Source: Leptospiraceae bacterium
Lineage (GTDB): Bacteria > Spirochaetota > Leptospiria > Leptospirales > Leptonemataceae
Length of the DNA stretch: 64,000 bases
NCBI GenBank assembly: GCA_040217195.1
Contig: JAVJNR010000002.1
Span: 160,001 to 224,000, forward strand
Direction of reading: 5' to 3'
In this document: positions 1 through 9,839 of the stretch, in pieces
How the letters are laid out: the number at the start of each line of letters is the position of its first letter
Position numbering within the stretch: position 1 is the stretch's first letter
Notes under the pieces: model-generated
The model's input: the letters and a program-made list of their open reading frames with translations, nothing else
The model's database searches: none
Told to the model about the DNA's origin: nothing
Made by a program: the position numbers and the translations under genes

Positions 1-1
1 G

Positions 2-2041
2 ATTGGCGAGCTGTTCTCACGGAAGACTGGAACCATGAAAGCCGAAGAAGTGCCTCCTAAACTAAGAGACATTCTTCTTTTCGTGGAGGATCGCAGTTTT
101 TATGATCACGGTGGCATCCATCTTCCTTCCATTGCACGGGCCTTCTTCGCAAACGTACTGAGGCTTGGTTATGCCCAGGGTGGCTCCACGATTACGCAAC
201 AGCTGGCACGGGTATTGATGGAAGACTTTGAAAAGTCTTTAGCCAGAAAGGTGCGTGAGGCCTCCCTTGCCCTGCAGCTGGAAAGTTCCATGAGTAAAGA
301 TGCGATTCTGGCCGCGTACATGAACCAGGTGTACCTGGGACATGGAGCTTACGGTATGCAGGAAGCATCCAAATTTTATTTTCGCAAAGGTCTAAGCGAA
401 ACCAATTTCGTAGAGAATCTGATTCTGGCATGTCTTCCTTCGGCCCCCAGTCGGTTTTCCCCCATACGTCATCCGGATGAATTAGTTACGAAGATGGACG
501 TAGTCTATTCGGAGATGCAAAAAGAAGGCTTTGAATCGCCCTCGCAAAATGAATACGATTTACTCAAAGAACAGGTGTTTTCTTCAATCAATCGTAGCCC
601 TTCAGCCACTGTATTTGGAACCAGAGTCAATGAAGCCCCATTTGTTTCGGAACATATTCGATTACAGATAAAAGAACTCCTGGGTGGTGAGTTCATGTAC
701 GGCAAAGGACTTCTGATTGAAACCACTATAGATCGATCATTGCAGGTGGCCGCCACGGAACAGAGCGAAGCCTGGATGGAAGAAGTATCCAAATATCATA
801 AGCCCACTATTCGAAAGGATGGTAAGGTTGTTCCTGAAACGGATAAAGCAGTCCTGATTCGAAGAGAATACGAACGCATGGGTCTTGGCCCTGTACTTCT
901 GGGTGCACCGGCAAGCGCAGTTCAGGAGCCCAGGCTTCAAACTGCCAGCGTAGGGATCCATCCTGAAACCGGCGCCGTGCTGTTCATGAATGGAGGCACC
1001 AGGTTCCATTCCGGAAATCAGCTCAATCGTTCGGTGATGATGTACCGTCAAACTGGAAGTGCGATTAAGCCAATTATCTATTCTGCAGGGCTGGAGACCG
1101 GGGAAATCAATCCCGCCACAGCTCTGGACGACTCCCCGATCTTCTTTGATGGGGCCAGGGGCGCGAACGGTGAGAACTACTGGCTTCCGGATAACATAAG
1201 TGTCAGTTATGAAGGTTTGATTCCGGCCCGGGTAGCGCTGGCAAAGTCCAGAAACATCCCGGCCATTCGTGTAGCCAGAATGGTAGGAGTGCCCAGGTTG
1301 GGAGAGCAATTCAGAAAGTTCTTTTTTCATTCCGATGCTCAGTTTAAGAGTAGATTCAAAGAGAATTTAACTGTTGCTATTGGTTCTACTGAAATGAGTC
1401 CGCTGGAAATGGCCGTTGCATTTGCCGCTGTGGCTAACAATGGAGTAATGAGACGTCCTTATCTGATCAAGACAATCAAGGATCCGGACGGGAAGATTCT
1501 GTATAACGGCGCCGGCGAAGATGAATTTGATCTAAATGTACCGGTGGAAAGTAAGGTTCTTCCCGGGGATGTGGCAGCAGTACTGACCAGTATGATGAAA
1601 GACGCAGCCAAGTATGGCGGAGTGAATCGTGGCGGTTTCAGTTCCCCGGATCTTGCCGGCAAAACTGGTACAACCAATGAATACAGAGATGCCTGGTTCA
1701 TCGGATTTATACCCAGGATTTCAGCAGCTGTCTGGGTAGGCTTTGATCAACCAAAGTATTCTACACGTCGGGGAACAGGCTCCTCTCTGGCCGGTCCTTT
1801 ATTCGGACGAATCCTCAAAGCGGCTCCCGCCGATCTTAAGAATGGCAATTATCTGTTTTCGCCAGCACCTGTTACAAAGAGAGTCTGCTCTGAATCCGGC
1901 GATTTGCCCGGTCCTTATTGTCCTGCAACCAGAACTGAAATAATGCCAGCGTCGGCTGTGCCAGGTCATGTATGTGAAATCCATAAAAAGCCTGAAGCCG
2001 AACCAGTGGCTCCGGAACCGGAGGATTCAGACTTTGATTAA
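2..2041 (+). CDS. Class A penicillin-binding protein (PBP1A-like transglycosylase/transpeptidase), 5' end outside the window
   Basis: Transglycosylase motifs EDRSFYDHGG, QGGSTITQQL, RKVRE; transpeptidase SxxK (SAIK), SxN (SRN), KTGT; frame is open from base 2. Confidence 0.93.
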   Translation: MGELFSRKTGTMKAEEVPPKLRDILLFVEDRSFYDHGGIHLPSIARAFFANVLRLGYAQGGSTITQQLARVLMEDFEKSLARKVREASLALQLESSMSKDAILAAYMNQVYLGHGAYGMQEASKFYFRKGLSETNFVENLILACLPSAPSRFSPIRHPDELVTKMDVVYSEMQKEGFESPSQNEYDLLKEQVFSSINRSPSATVFGTRVNEAPFVSEHIRLQIKELLGGEFMYGKGLLIETTIDRSLQVAATEQSEAWMEEVSKYHKPTIRKDGKVVPETDKAVLIRREYERMGLGPVLLGAPASAVQEPRLQTASVGIHPETGAVLFMNGGTRFHSGNQLNRSVMMYRQTGSAIKPIIYSAGLETGEINPATALDDSPIFFDGARGANGENYWLPDNISVSYEGLIPARVALAKSRNIPAIRVARMVGVPRLGEQFRKFFFHSDAQFKSRFKENLTVAIGSTEMSPLEMAVAFAAVANNGVMRRPYLIKTIKDPDGKILYNGAGEDEFDLNVPVESKVLPGDVAAVLTSMMKDAAKYGGVNRGGFSSPDLAGKTGTTNEYRDAWFIGFIPRISAAVWVGFDQPKYSTRRGTGSSLAGPLFGRILKAAPADLKNGNYLFSPAPVTKRVCSESGDLPGPYCPATRTEIMPASAVPGHVCEIHKKPEAEPVAPEPEDSDFD

Positions 2042-2147
2042 TCCGAATTCAAAATGGATGTCGGTGCTGATGCACTGGAACTCTCTAATGTCCTGCCGTA
2101 ACTCTCCGTTGGCCCGCCGGGGATTTCCACCGCCGAATTGCTCAGAT

Positions 2148-3182
2148 TTGACAAATCTTTATGCGGATAGAAAGGCATTTCTTTGTCGGAATGCGCTGGC
2201 TTTTCTATTGTTATGCGGCCTGCTGCTCAACTTGTTTCCAACCACGATTCAGGCGAACGGGGCAGGGTTATTCAGGAGGGCCTATGCTCTGGAAACATCC
2301 GATCCGGAAGCGGCCATTCGAAATTACAGAGCGGCCCTATCCAGCGGGCTGCCAGCCAATCTTCGCCGAGCAGCCGTCTGGAAGGTATACTTTCTGTATA
2401 AGAGAAATCATTATTACATTCAGGCCTATCGATACGGAAATACCATCGGGGCCGGAGGCTCCCATCAATCAGAGATTATGCGAAATGCACTGCATCGCTG
2501 GGGAATTACCAGTTCTGATTTCAATACCCTGGTTCAGGCCTGGTCTTCGGGCAGCGGATTTCCAGACGTAGCCAACAAAATAATAGGCCAGAGAAGTCGC
2601 AAAGCACCGGTACTTGCGGCCGATCTGAGAAGGGCCCTGGAGCTGGAAGGCAAGGGGGATCTGGCCAGTAGGGTTATTGTGCGAAAGCCAAATAGCAAAA
2701 CTGGCAATGATCCAGATCTGGAGCAGGCAGAATATTATTACAGCCAGGGAGATCTCAAGGGCGCAGAGAATCTCCTATGGAAGAAAGCCAAATCCGATGA
2801 CCTGAACTCGGCGGCTCGCTCCAGGCTTTTATACTTACTGGGTAAAATCCGACTAAAGCAGAACAACGAAACAGAGGCCATACGATTCTATCGTCTGGCT
2901 GCCGGGTACGCTTCGGATTCAGAATCCCGCAGGATGCTTGCCCTCGCCTCCTACCGGCTGTATCGAAATGGAAAGAAAGAAGCTGCATACGAACTAATTG
3001 ACCAGTTCCCGGAGCCAGATGAAGATAGGATGCGACTGTATTTTCTGGTTGTGGCTGTGGATGCGGCCTCCAATCAGAATGCTCTTCGTCGTTTGAGGTC
3101 CATGGAAAAGGAAATCCGGGAGAGAGTCCGATTGGGACAGGCGGGTTTTCTGGAGAAGAAGGCTTTGAGTCTGCTAAATTGA
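2148..3182 (+). CDS. Exported tetratricopeptide-repeat protein (start uncertain)
   Basis: Signal-peptide-like ALAFLLLCGLLLNLFPTTIQA; TPR-like helices (AEYYYSQGDLKGAENLL, LLYLLGKIRLKQNNETEAIRFY). The track start at 1968 overlaps the PBP gene, so TTG 2148 was chosen. Confidence 0.65.
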   Translation: MTNLYADRKAFLCRNALAFLLLCGLLLNLFPTTIQANGAGLFRRAYALETSDPEAAIRNYRAALSSGLPANLRRAAVWKVYFLYKRNHYYIQAYRYGNTIGAGGSHQSEIMRNALHRWGITSSDFNTLVQAWSSGSGFPDVANKIIGQRSRKAPVLAADLRRALELEGKGDLASRVIVRKPNSKTGNDPDLEQAEYYYSQGDLKGAENLLWKKAKSDDLNSAARSRLLYLLGKIRLKQNNETEAIRFYRLAAGYASDSESRRMLALASYRLYRNGKKEAAYELIDQFPEPDEDRMRLYFLVVAVDAASNQNALRRLRSMEKEIRERVRLGQAGFLEKKALSLLN

Positions 3183-3222
3183 GGCTCGTCGAATGATTCG
3201 AATCCGGTAAACGATTTCTAAT

Positions 3223-4212
3223 ATGAAGCTACTGAATTTAATTCCCATTTGCCTGGTGCTGGCAGGCTGCCTGATGCAATGCGCATCAGCAGAGAAAAGG
3301 AATGATAATTCAGGTACGGAGCAAACCTCGGATCCGGTGGCCGATGAGTATTTAGAAAAACAAAAAGAAGATCAAAGTAATCAGGATTTGAAAGACGTTC
3401 CAGTAAGAATTGATCGAACCAATGATTCAGACGGAGAAGCCTTCGTAATAACAGAGTCCAGCGAATCGGACCCTGATACGGAAGACCAGCAACAGGAGCA
3501 CACGAAGCCACTTACGGAAGATGAGAAAGGAAAGCCCGAAGGGTTATCCGAAGCGGAACGAAAAGCAGAAGAAGAGCGTTTGGCTCAGCTCGAAAAAGAA
3601 AGAAAGGAAAAAGAGGAAGCTCGCAGAAAAGAGGAAGAACGACGAAAGAAGGAAGCCGAACTAAAAAGACTAAAAAACGAGGCAACGTATCAGGCAGAAG
3701 CCTTTGCCAATCGGCAACGAGAATTTGAAATGGCTCGCAAAGCCTTTCGAATAGAAGCATTGGTAGTGCGAAGGGATGCTCGCCTGGGTTCCGTATATCC
3801 TCAGTCGCAGACGTTCTGGACCAGAGAATCCGAGCAGAGATTCACGGCAAATCCAGCGTTTGAAGTAGGAACCGATCAAATCTATCTTGTAAAACTTTCA
3901 AATCCCCTGGATTATCAATCCTCCATTTCCGTGAATGTTCCTCCCGGTGCAGTTGTTATAGAATTGAAAGATCCGCTAGCTGTGTGGAATCGGATCAAAG
4001 ACGGCTCCGGGCGCTGGATTTTGATGCAGAAAACCAGCGAAGGATATGTTCCTTTGAGCCTGGATCGAAACGGAATCAGCTATCGTGTCGCTTCTGTGGA
4101 GATAGAATCTGGAATTGTGAAGCTGGAGATCTATAGTCGGTCAAATACGCGCCGAGCCGGACAGTATCACATTCTGTATCCGGTAGAACTGGAATTAATA
4201 CCGGCTCCCTGA
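3223..4212 (+). CDS. Putative lipoprotein with charged coiled-coil linker
   Basis: Hydrophobic N-terminus ending LMQC; E/K/R-rich central helix; globular C-terminal region. Confidence 0.7.
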   Translation: MKLLNLIPICLVLAGCLMQCASAEKRNDNSGTEQTSDPVADEYLEKQKEDQSNQDLKDVPVRIDRTNDSDGEAFVITESSESDPDTEDQQQEHTKPLTEDEKGKPEGLSEAERKAEEERLAQLEKERKEKEEARRKEEERRKKEAELKRLKNEATYQAEAFANRQREFEMARKAFRIEALVVRRDARLGSVYPQSQTFWTRESEQRFTANPAFEVGTDQIYLVKLSNPLDYQSSISVNVPPGAVVIELKDPLAVWNRIKDGSGRWILMQKTSEGYVPLSLDRNGISYRVASVEIESGIVKLEIYSRSNTRRAGQYHILYPVELELIPAP

Positions 4213-4233
4213 TCATGGGAGCCGGCCAAATTC

Positions 4234-5922
4234 TTAACTTTTCTTTTTGAATACACCGAAAATCTTGCCCAGAATACCCTGCTTCTTTGCAGGTTCTTCT
4301 CGGCGCTGACTCTTGCCCCGATTTCGCGAACCCTGCTGGTTGCGATTCTGATTTCTACCGTCATTGCGGTTTTCGCTGCGGGCTTCCGAACCCTGGGAGG
4401 AGGGCCGGCGCTTTCGATTCCGGTTGCCCGCTTTCTTTGCTCGTGCAGGAGCAGGTGCCTTATCCCGCCCCAGCAGTCTTGCCCGGTCCTGTTCGCGGAC
4501 TGTATTAGCATCATTGCTATCGGCAGTAGCCACATTTGCATCTGCGGGTTTTCTGGATCCGGCGGGTCTTCGCTTTCTTTTTCTTCGCTGATCTGAAGAA
4601 CGATCCGATTCAGGTGTTTCTGTGGCGGCTTTTGGCGGCCTGGATCCTTCGCGACGACCCTGGCCATCCGAAGGGCCTCGGCCACCTTTGCGATTCCTGC
4701 GACGATTGTTGCGATCTCCTTCGGGTCCGGATTGCTCCTTTTCGCTGGAGCCTTCATGCGAATCCCGGAAAGGTTCAAAGTTGCCTTCAGGAAATTTTAC
4801 GAAGGAGGGGTCCACCTGACCCACTGGAATCTTATGCTTCAACAGCTGCTCAATTCGCGGAAGGCATTCGAAATCGTCCTCGGAGCAGAAAGAATAGCTA
4901 ATGCCTGTCTTGCCTGCTCTGGCCGTCCGCCCAATCCGGTGCACATAGGATTCCGAATCCTGCGGTAGATCATAGTTGAAGACATGAGTGATGTCATCCA
5001 CATCCAGTCCGCGGCTGGCAACATCCGTGGCTACCAGTACGCTATATTTCCCCAGTTTGAACTGTTTGAGTAATCGTACTCGTTTCTTCTGGTCCAGAAG
5101 TGAAGACAATCCCGTGGCTGCCACTCCGTAGCGATGCAGCTTTTTCGTGATATCCAGTACCTTTCTTTTGTAGTTCGTGAAGATAATGGCCCTGGGTTTC
5201 TCTGCTCCAAGAATCAAATTGATCAGATAGGGCATCTTCTCTTCGCGTCCCAGATGAAACAGATGCTGATCAATTTTATCTACTTCAATCGTTTCAGCTT
5301 TGGTTCGAACCTCCACTGGATCGTGCATGAAGTCCCAGGCCAATCGCATGACGTAGTAACTCATGGTTGCTGAGAACAACATGGTTTGAGATTTTTCCGG
5401 GAGCTTCTTCATTATGTAACGAATGTCCCGAATGAATCCCATATCGAACATCCGATCGGCTTCATCAAGTATCAGATGATGGATGCTGTCCGTGGGAAAT
5501 TTGTTTTGTTTGATGTAATCAATGAGACGACCTGGTGTTGCTACAATGACCGATGGTTTCGCAGCGAGCTGCTTCTCCTGTTTGTCATAGCTGTCGCCTC
5601 CATAGATGGTGGCCAGATTCAGAGAATGATGGGTCAGTAATTTCTCAACTTCTTCAGCTATCTGGAGACAGATTTCGCGGGTGGGGGTGAGGATCAGTGC
5701 TGCGGGGCTCTTTCCTTCTTCCCTGGCCTGGATTATATGATCAATCACTGGGAGCAGAAATGCGATAGTCTTTCCGGTTCCTGTTTGACTGATGCCTACA
5801 ATGTCTCGCCCTTCCTGGGCTGGCTGAATGGTATCTTCCTGGATCTGCGTTAATGTTTCCAGCCCCTGGTCTGCCAGAGCCTGTTTTAAGTCCTTGTGGA
5901 CTGCTAAATCTTCAAATCGCAT
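4234..5922 (-). CDS. DEAD-box ATP-dependent RNA helicase (RhlB/RhlE-like)
   Basis: QTGTGKT, PTRE, TPGRL, DEAD, SAT, HRIGRTAR; start moved to MRFEDL (AGGTGG SD-like upstream); long Arg-rich tail. Confidence 0.96.
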   Translation of the reverse strand: MRFEDLAVHKDLKQALADQGLETLTQIQEDTIQPAQEGRDIVGISQTGTGKTIAFLLPVIDHIIQAREEGKSPAALILTPTREICLQIAEEVEKLLTHHSLNLATIYGGDSYDKQEKQLAAKPSVIVATPGRLIDYIKQNKFPTDSIHHLILDEADRMFDMGFIRDIRYIMKKLPEKSQTMLFSATMSYYVMRLAWDFMHDPVEVRTKAETIEVDKIDQHLFHLGREEKMPYLINLILGAEKPRAIIFTNYKRKVLDITKKLHRYGVAATGLSSLLDQKKRVRLLKQFKLGKYSVLVATDVASRGLDVDDITHVFNYDLPQDSESYVHRIGRTARAGKTGISYSFCSEDDFECLPRIEQLLKHKIPVGQVDPSFVKFPEGNFEPFRDSHEGSSEKEQSGPEGDRNNRRRNRKGGRGPSDGQGRREGSRPPKAATETPESDRSSDQRRKRKRRPAGSRKPADANVATADSNDANTVREQDRARLLGRDKAPAPARAKKAGNRNRKRRPSSQGSEARSENRNDGRNQNRNQQGSRNRGKSQRREEPAKKQGILGKIFGVFKKKS

Positions 5923-5983
5923 TCTCTGCCACCTGAGCAAATGCCGGCAGCCTGTCAATTCCGACTGCCGGAGGGAAAATTCG

Positions 5984-6012
5984 TTGACCAGCCTCAAATT
6001 AGAGGTTATGGT
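5984..6012 (+). promoter_or_regulatory. sigma70-like promoter
   Basis: TTGACC-N17-TATGGT ending 5 nt before ATG 6018. Confidence 0.5.
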
Positions 6013-6017
6013 CTATT

Positions 6018-6911
6018 ATGATCATCTCAGACACCGGTCGAAAATTTCGATACGGTGCCGCCTTCCTGCTCATTTTCATCTTTGTCCAACCCTTGATTTC
6101 CGCGCCGGGACTGAAAAGTCGTCCGGAAGGATCCTATCTTAGAAAGCTGGCCGATCGGGGTACTCTGAGGATCGGATTGCAAAAGAATGTGGCGCCGTTT
6201 CATATTCCCGGAAACTCCGAATTTCCTGGCCTGGACGTTGAAATTGGACTATCCATAGCCTCCCATATGGGCCTGAAACCGGAGTTCAAATTTGGAAATC
6301 TGGATGAGCTGATCAGTATGGCAGCGCGGGGTGAGATCGACATTGCTCTTGGTGGTGTTTCCAGCGATCTTAAGCGAGGGCTCACTGTTAACTTTAGTGA
6401 TCCATACTTAAAGACTACACCGGCCGCCCTGCTAAACCGAAAGGCTCTTCCTCCGGAAACTGGTTCCGTTGACTTTCCCAAGAAGAAGTTTGAATCTTTG
6501 CTGGATTTGCGGTACGCCGGTGCACTGAAGATTGGAGTCAAAGAAGGGACCACCAATGAAGAGATATTGAACCAGGATCCGGAATTCTCTGTGCACAGTA
6601 TTCAGCCGTTTCCAGATAATAAATCTGGAATGGAAGCTCTGGAAAACGGCGATATAGATGCCTTTGTCGCGGATGGAATCTTCATCAAAGCTCAGACCAT
6701 AATGCGAAAAGGTCTGCTATCTCGATTTGTTCCGCTCCATTCAGTGTATAGAGAAGAACATCTGTCACTGGTCCTGCCTCCTGGCCACTCCGAGTACTGG
6801 CTCTATATGAATTTCCTTCTGAAGGAAATGCATCGCACGGGAGAGATGAAAAAAATATACGATCGCTATTATTCGAACTCAGAATGGGCGAAAGATACGA
6901 TTGTAGAGTGA
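6018..6911 (+). CDS. Periplasmic substrate-binding protein, polar amino acid family (SBP_bac_3)
   Basis: Signal peptide; GTLRIG, GLDVEIG, VNFSDPY, GDIDAFVAD; no permease or ATPase adjacent. Confidence 0.85.
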   Translation: MIISDTGRKFRYGAAFLLIFIFVQPLISAPGLKSRPEGSYLRKLADRGTLRIGLQKNVAPFHIPGNSEFPGLDVEIGLSIASHMGLKPEFKFGNLDELISMAARGEIDIALGGVSSDLKRGLTVNFSDPYLKTTPAALLNRKALPPETGSVDFPKKKFESLLDLRYAGALKIGVKEGTTNEEILNQDPEFSVHSIQPFPDNKSGMEALENGDIDAFVADGIFIKAQTIMRKGLLSRFVPLHSVYREEHLSLVLPPGHSEYWLYMNFLLKEMHRTGEMKKIYDRYYSNSEWAKDTIVE

Positions 6912-6930
6912 TTTAACCGGAGAAGTAACT

Positions 6931-8481
6931 ATCAATTCTTCCAGACAAAAGCCACAATTTCTATTCCTGATTGCCGGATTCCTGATTGCTCCCCTTTTCT
7001 TTTCTGTACCTATCTCTGCACAGACCGCTGCCGTGATGGAGCGTTTCGACTACAATGGCAGTATGCTGGTCCGGGGTTTCTATACAAGCAGGGACCTTCC
7101 TCTGGAAAAGCAAACAGCTACTTTGTGTCCTAACCCTTACACGAATTCCAGCTCATCTGGCTCCAGCAGTAGCACCTCGGGTAATAGCAAATGCAGGGAG
7201 GAGCGGGATTTTTACACAGCAAGGTTTCGATTGAATCTCGCCTTTCGCCCTTCAAATTTTGTAGATATCATATACGGACTGGAAGTAGGGGAGCTTGAAT
7301 TCGGAGATACCACTACCGGAAACACAGGGCCAGGCTCCGGCGGCACCGGTTCAGGTAGCGCTAATCTGGAGACTCGTGAGTTAAGACTAAATATTCACAA
7401 TGAGAAAAAGACAATAAGCTTCAATGCAGGAGTCTTTCCTTACGGAACTCCCAACGGATTCGTGGCTGCTACAAGCGGAGCGGGATTCAATTTGAACTAT
7501 TCTAAGGCGGAATGGTTTTCTGAGTTTGAATTATACTATATAAAAAAGGAAGACCAGTCACGGGTGGATCGAGACTCCAACGGATTTAATGACGACAATT
7601 ACAAGGATGTGGATGTATTGCTGGGGAACTGGAAGTATTCAGGCTTACCCGGTTATCGCTCGGAGTTATATGCTCTTTATCGTGGAGATAATCGCACAGA
7701 AGATGCAAGTGGCAATGTAAGGGACACCTCCAGATTGTACTGGGCCGGGTTTTATCAGAGATATCGATGGGGAAAATTCAATTTCATGCTCCATGTAATC
7801 GGTAACTGGGGTAACGTGTATACTACCAGCCGCGACCTGCCCCGCGAAGATTTGCTGGCGGGAACGTCAGTGCTGGCACTTGCTGAGGAGGCTGAGAACT
7901 ATCTTCCAGATCAAAGAGAGAAGCGAAAGATCGATGCAGGGGCTGGTGAAGCAGAAGTAGGCTATCAGATCACGGATCGTTTTAAGTTTTCTCTGGCTGT
8001 AGCCGGAGCCAGTGGTCGCCGGGGAGTGGAACCTGACGGTCGATCGGTGGATTACCGAAGGGATCAATTTCACTATGCAGGTCAGGCCTATCAATTTAGT
8101 GAGATTTCCGTGGATTCCTCCGGGGGGTACAGTCTATTTACATTGGGGGATCTCACCGGTCTGGTTGTTCGGGGGGCACGATTTGAAGCTCAAATATACG
8201 AATCCGTGGACACCGAAATCGGTTACTATTCATTGCATAGCTACCGGACGCCCACCATCGATTACAATCAGTACTTTACTGAATTTCCCGGTGGCAAGGG
8301 CCCTTCATCCTATTTCGGTCAGGAAGTGAACTGGAGGGTGAACTGGAGACCATTTAGCGATCTAACCGTTACTGCCTACGTCGCCTATTTCGATGCCGGG
8401 GATGGCTATAAGATTCTAAGAGATGTTGAGTACGGCGATGAGGCACTGGAATTCATGATCAGCGCCAATCAGACCTTTTAG
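6931..8481 (+). CDS. Outer-membrane beta-barrel protein (probable ATC start)
   Basis: Alternating aromatic beta-strand pattern and C-terminal Phe (ISANQTF); in-frame signal peptide lies upstream of the track start 7033. Confidence 0.72.
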   Translation: MNSSRQKPQFLFLIAGFLIAPLFFSVPISAQTAAVMERFDYNGSMLVRGFYTSRDLPLEKQTATLCPNPYTNSSSSGSSSSTSGNSKCREERDFYTARFRLNLAFRPSNFVDIIYGLEVGELEFGDTTTGNTGPGSGGTGSGSANLETRELRLNIHNEKKTISFNAGVFPYGTPNGFVAATSGAGFNLNYSKAEWFSEFELYYIKKEDQSRVDRDSNGFNDDNYKDVDVLLGNWKYSGLPGYRSELYALYRGDNRTEDASGNVRDTSRLYWAGFYQRYRWGKFNFMLHVIGNWGNVYTTSRDLPREDLLAGTSVLALAEEAENYLPDQREKRKIDAGAGEAEVGYQITDRFKFSLAVAGASGRRGVEPDGRSVDYRRDQFHYAGQAYQFSEISVDSSGGYSLFTLGDLTGLVVRGARFEAQIYESVDTEIGYYSLHSYRTPTIDYNQYFTEFPGGKGPSSYFGQEVNWRVNWRPFSDLTVTAYVAYFDAGDGYKILRDVEYGDEALEFMISANQTF

Positions 8482-8900
8482 AATGGCCGAATGACAGCCA
8501 GAATAATCACTGCAATCAATACCAGGGTGGGCACTTCATTCATCAAGCGAAATCGCCTGGAAGGATAATTACGCCCGGCCAGAAGCTGCTTTCGGTAGTA
8601 GCCGGCGAGAAAATGCCAGAAAACCAGAAACAGAACCAGAGTGATTTTAGCATGCAGCCACCCCGCTTTTGCAAATGCAGTCCATTGTAGATACACCATG
8701 GCCAGTCCAAATACCCAGGTAATTACCATCGCCGGTGTCATGATAATCTGGTAGAGCTTTCTTTCCATAATTGCCAGCTGATCACGAACGGATTGATGTT
8801 CAGTCTCCACGTGGTACACAAATAGTCTCCAGATGTAGAACATTCCGGCAAACCAGGCGACCATGAAGATCAAATGAATGGCCTTAAACCAAAGATACAT
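8478..8900 (-). CDS. hemJ: Protoporphyrinogen IX oxidase HemJ
   Basis: WFKAIHLIFMVAWFAGMFYIWRLFVYH, MERKLY, WLHAKITLV, RLMNEVPT, terminal RPF. Confidence 0.95.
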   Translation of the reverse strand: MYLWFKAIHLIFMVAWFAGMFYIWRLFVYHVETEHQSVRDQLAIMERKLYQIIMTPAMVITWVFGLAMVYLQWTAFAKAGWLHAKITLVLFLVFWHFLAGYYRKQLLAGRNYPSRRFRLMNEVPTLVLIAVIILAVIRPF

Positions 8901-9057
8901 AGTTCCAGGAATCAAATTGTCCCCCAATTGGCATCAAAAAATCAATTCCAGTCTTTGCCCCGGAAGCGGGAAAAACCCTGAATGACCATGGATTAGCTTT
9001 TTTCCAGATATAACTAAAAAAACTGGATCAATGAGGGCTACCTGGAATCGTTTCTGA

Positions 9058-9567
9058 ATGGTCCTCGTAATCGACGCATTCAATGCCATTTACAAATTCG
9101 ATGATCTGGAGGAGCATATGCATCGTGGCCAGCTGGAGTCTGCGATGCAGGGATTCATCCAGCGGATGGGCAGATTGAGGGAAGGCTGGAAAAAGCCTCT
9201 GGATATACACATTTTCTTTGATGGAAAAAAGAAGCAGGGAGATGATACGGACCGCGAAAATGTAGGTGGTCTGAAATGCTACTATAGTCATGATCGAAGC
9301 GCGGACTACTTGATTAAGCAGTTTCTCATTTCCTGCCAGTCTCCGGGAGAAGTACGTACGGTGAGCTCAGATAAACAGGTGCAGCATTTCGCCAAACAGT
9401 CTAGAAGCCAGGTACAATCTTCAGAAGACTTTGCCAAATGGGTGCAAGAAGTTCTCACTGCACCTGGAAAGAATCCAGAGGCGCGAAAGGAAGATCCAAA
9501 GATGACCGCCAGGGATATGGCCTACTGGATGGAAATGTTTAAAGGCAAAAGAAAAGGCGATCAGTAG
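9058..9567 (+). CDS. NYN (YacP-like PIN-fold) domain protein
   Basis: VIDAFN, FFDG, SADYLI, VSSD acidic motifs. Confidence 0.8.
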   Translation: MVLVIDAFNAIYKFDDLEEHMHRGQLESAMQGFIQRMGRLREGWKKPLDIHIFFDGKKKQGDDTDRENVGGLKCYYSHDRSADYLIKQFLISCQSPGEVRTVSSDKQVQHFAKQSRSQVQSSEDFAKWVQEVLTAPGKNPEARKEDPKMTARDMAYWMEMFKGKRKGDQ

Positions 9568-9569
9568 TT

Positions 9570-9839
9570 ATGAACGATGGGATGCGAAATAGCTGGATCG
9601 TTGCCATCCGTTTGATGCTAACTGTCGTTGCATTGGTAGCTTTTCTGTTTGCAGCGTCTATGTTTATTCGCTTCATGCAAGTGTATATTGTGCTGAAAGA
9701 CATGGGTTATTCGAACCAGGAGATTCTTCCGGGTCACCATGATGCCCTCTTATTGGATGCAGTTCTGGCTTTGCTAGGACTTGGAGTCATCATTGTTTGT
9801 GCCGTTCTGGGCTTTGCAATTGGTCGATTGAAAAATTAG
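9570..9839 (+). CDS. Small hypothetical membrane protein with two transmembrane segments
   Basis: Two hydrophobic segments; starts 2 nt after the NYN gene. Confidence 0.7.
   Translation: MNDGMRNSWIVAIRLMLTVVALVAFLFAASMFIRFMQVYIVLKDMGYSNQEILPGHHDALLLDAVLALLGLGVIIVCAVLGFAIGRLKN

Noticed and set aside
6963..6989. Short tandem repeat ATTCCTGATTGC twice
   Set aside because: Encodes FLIA twice in a signal peptide; too short to imply a repeat element
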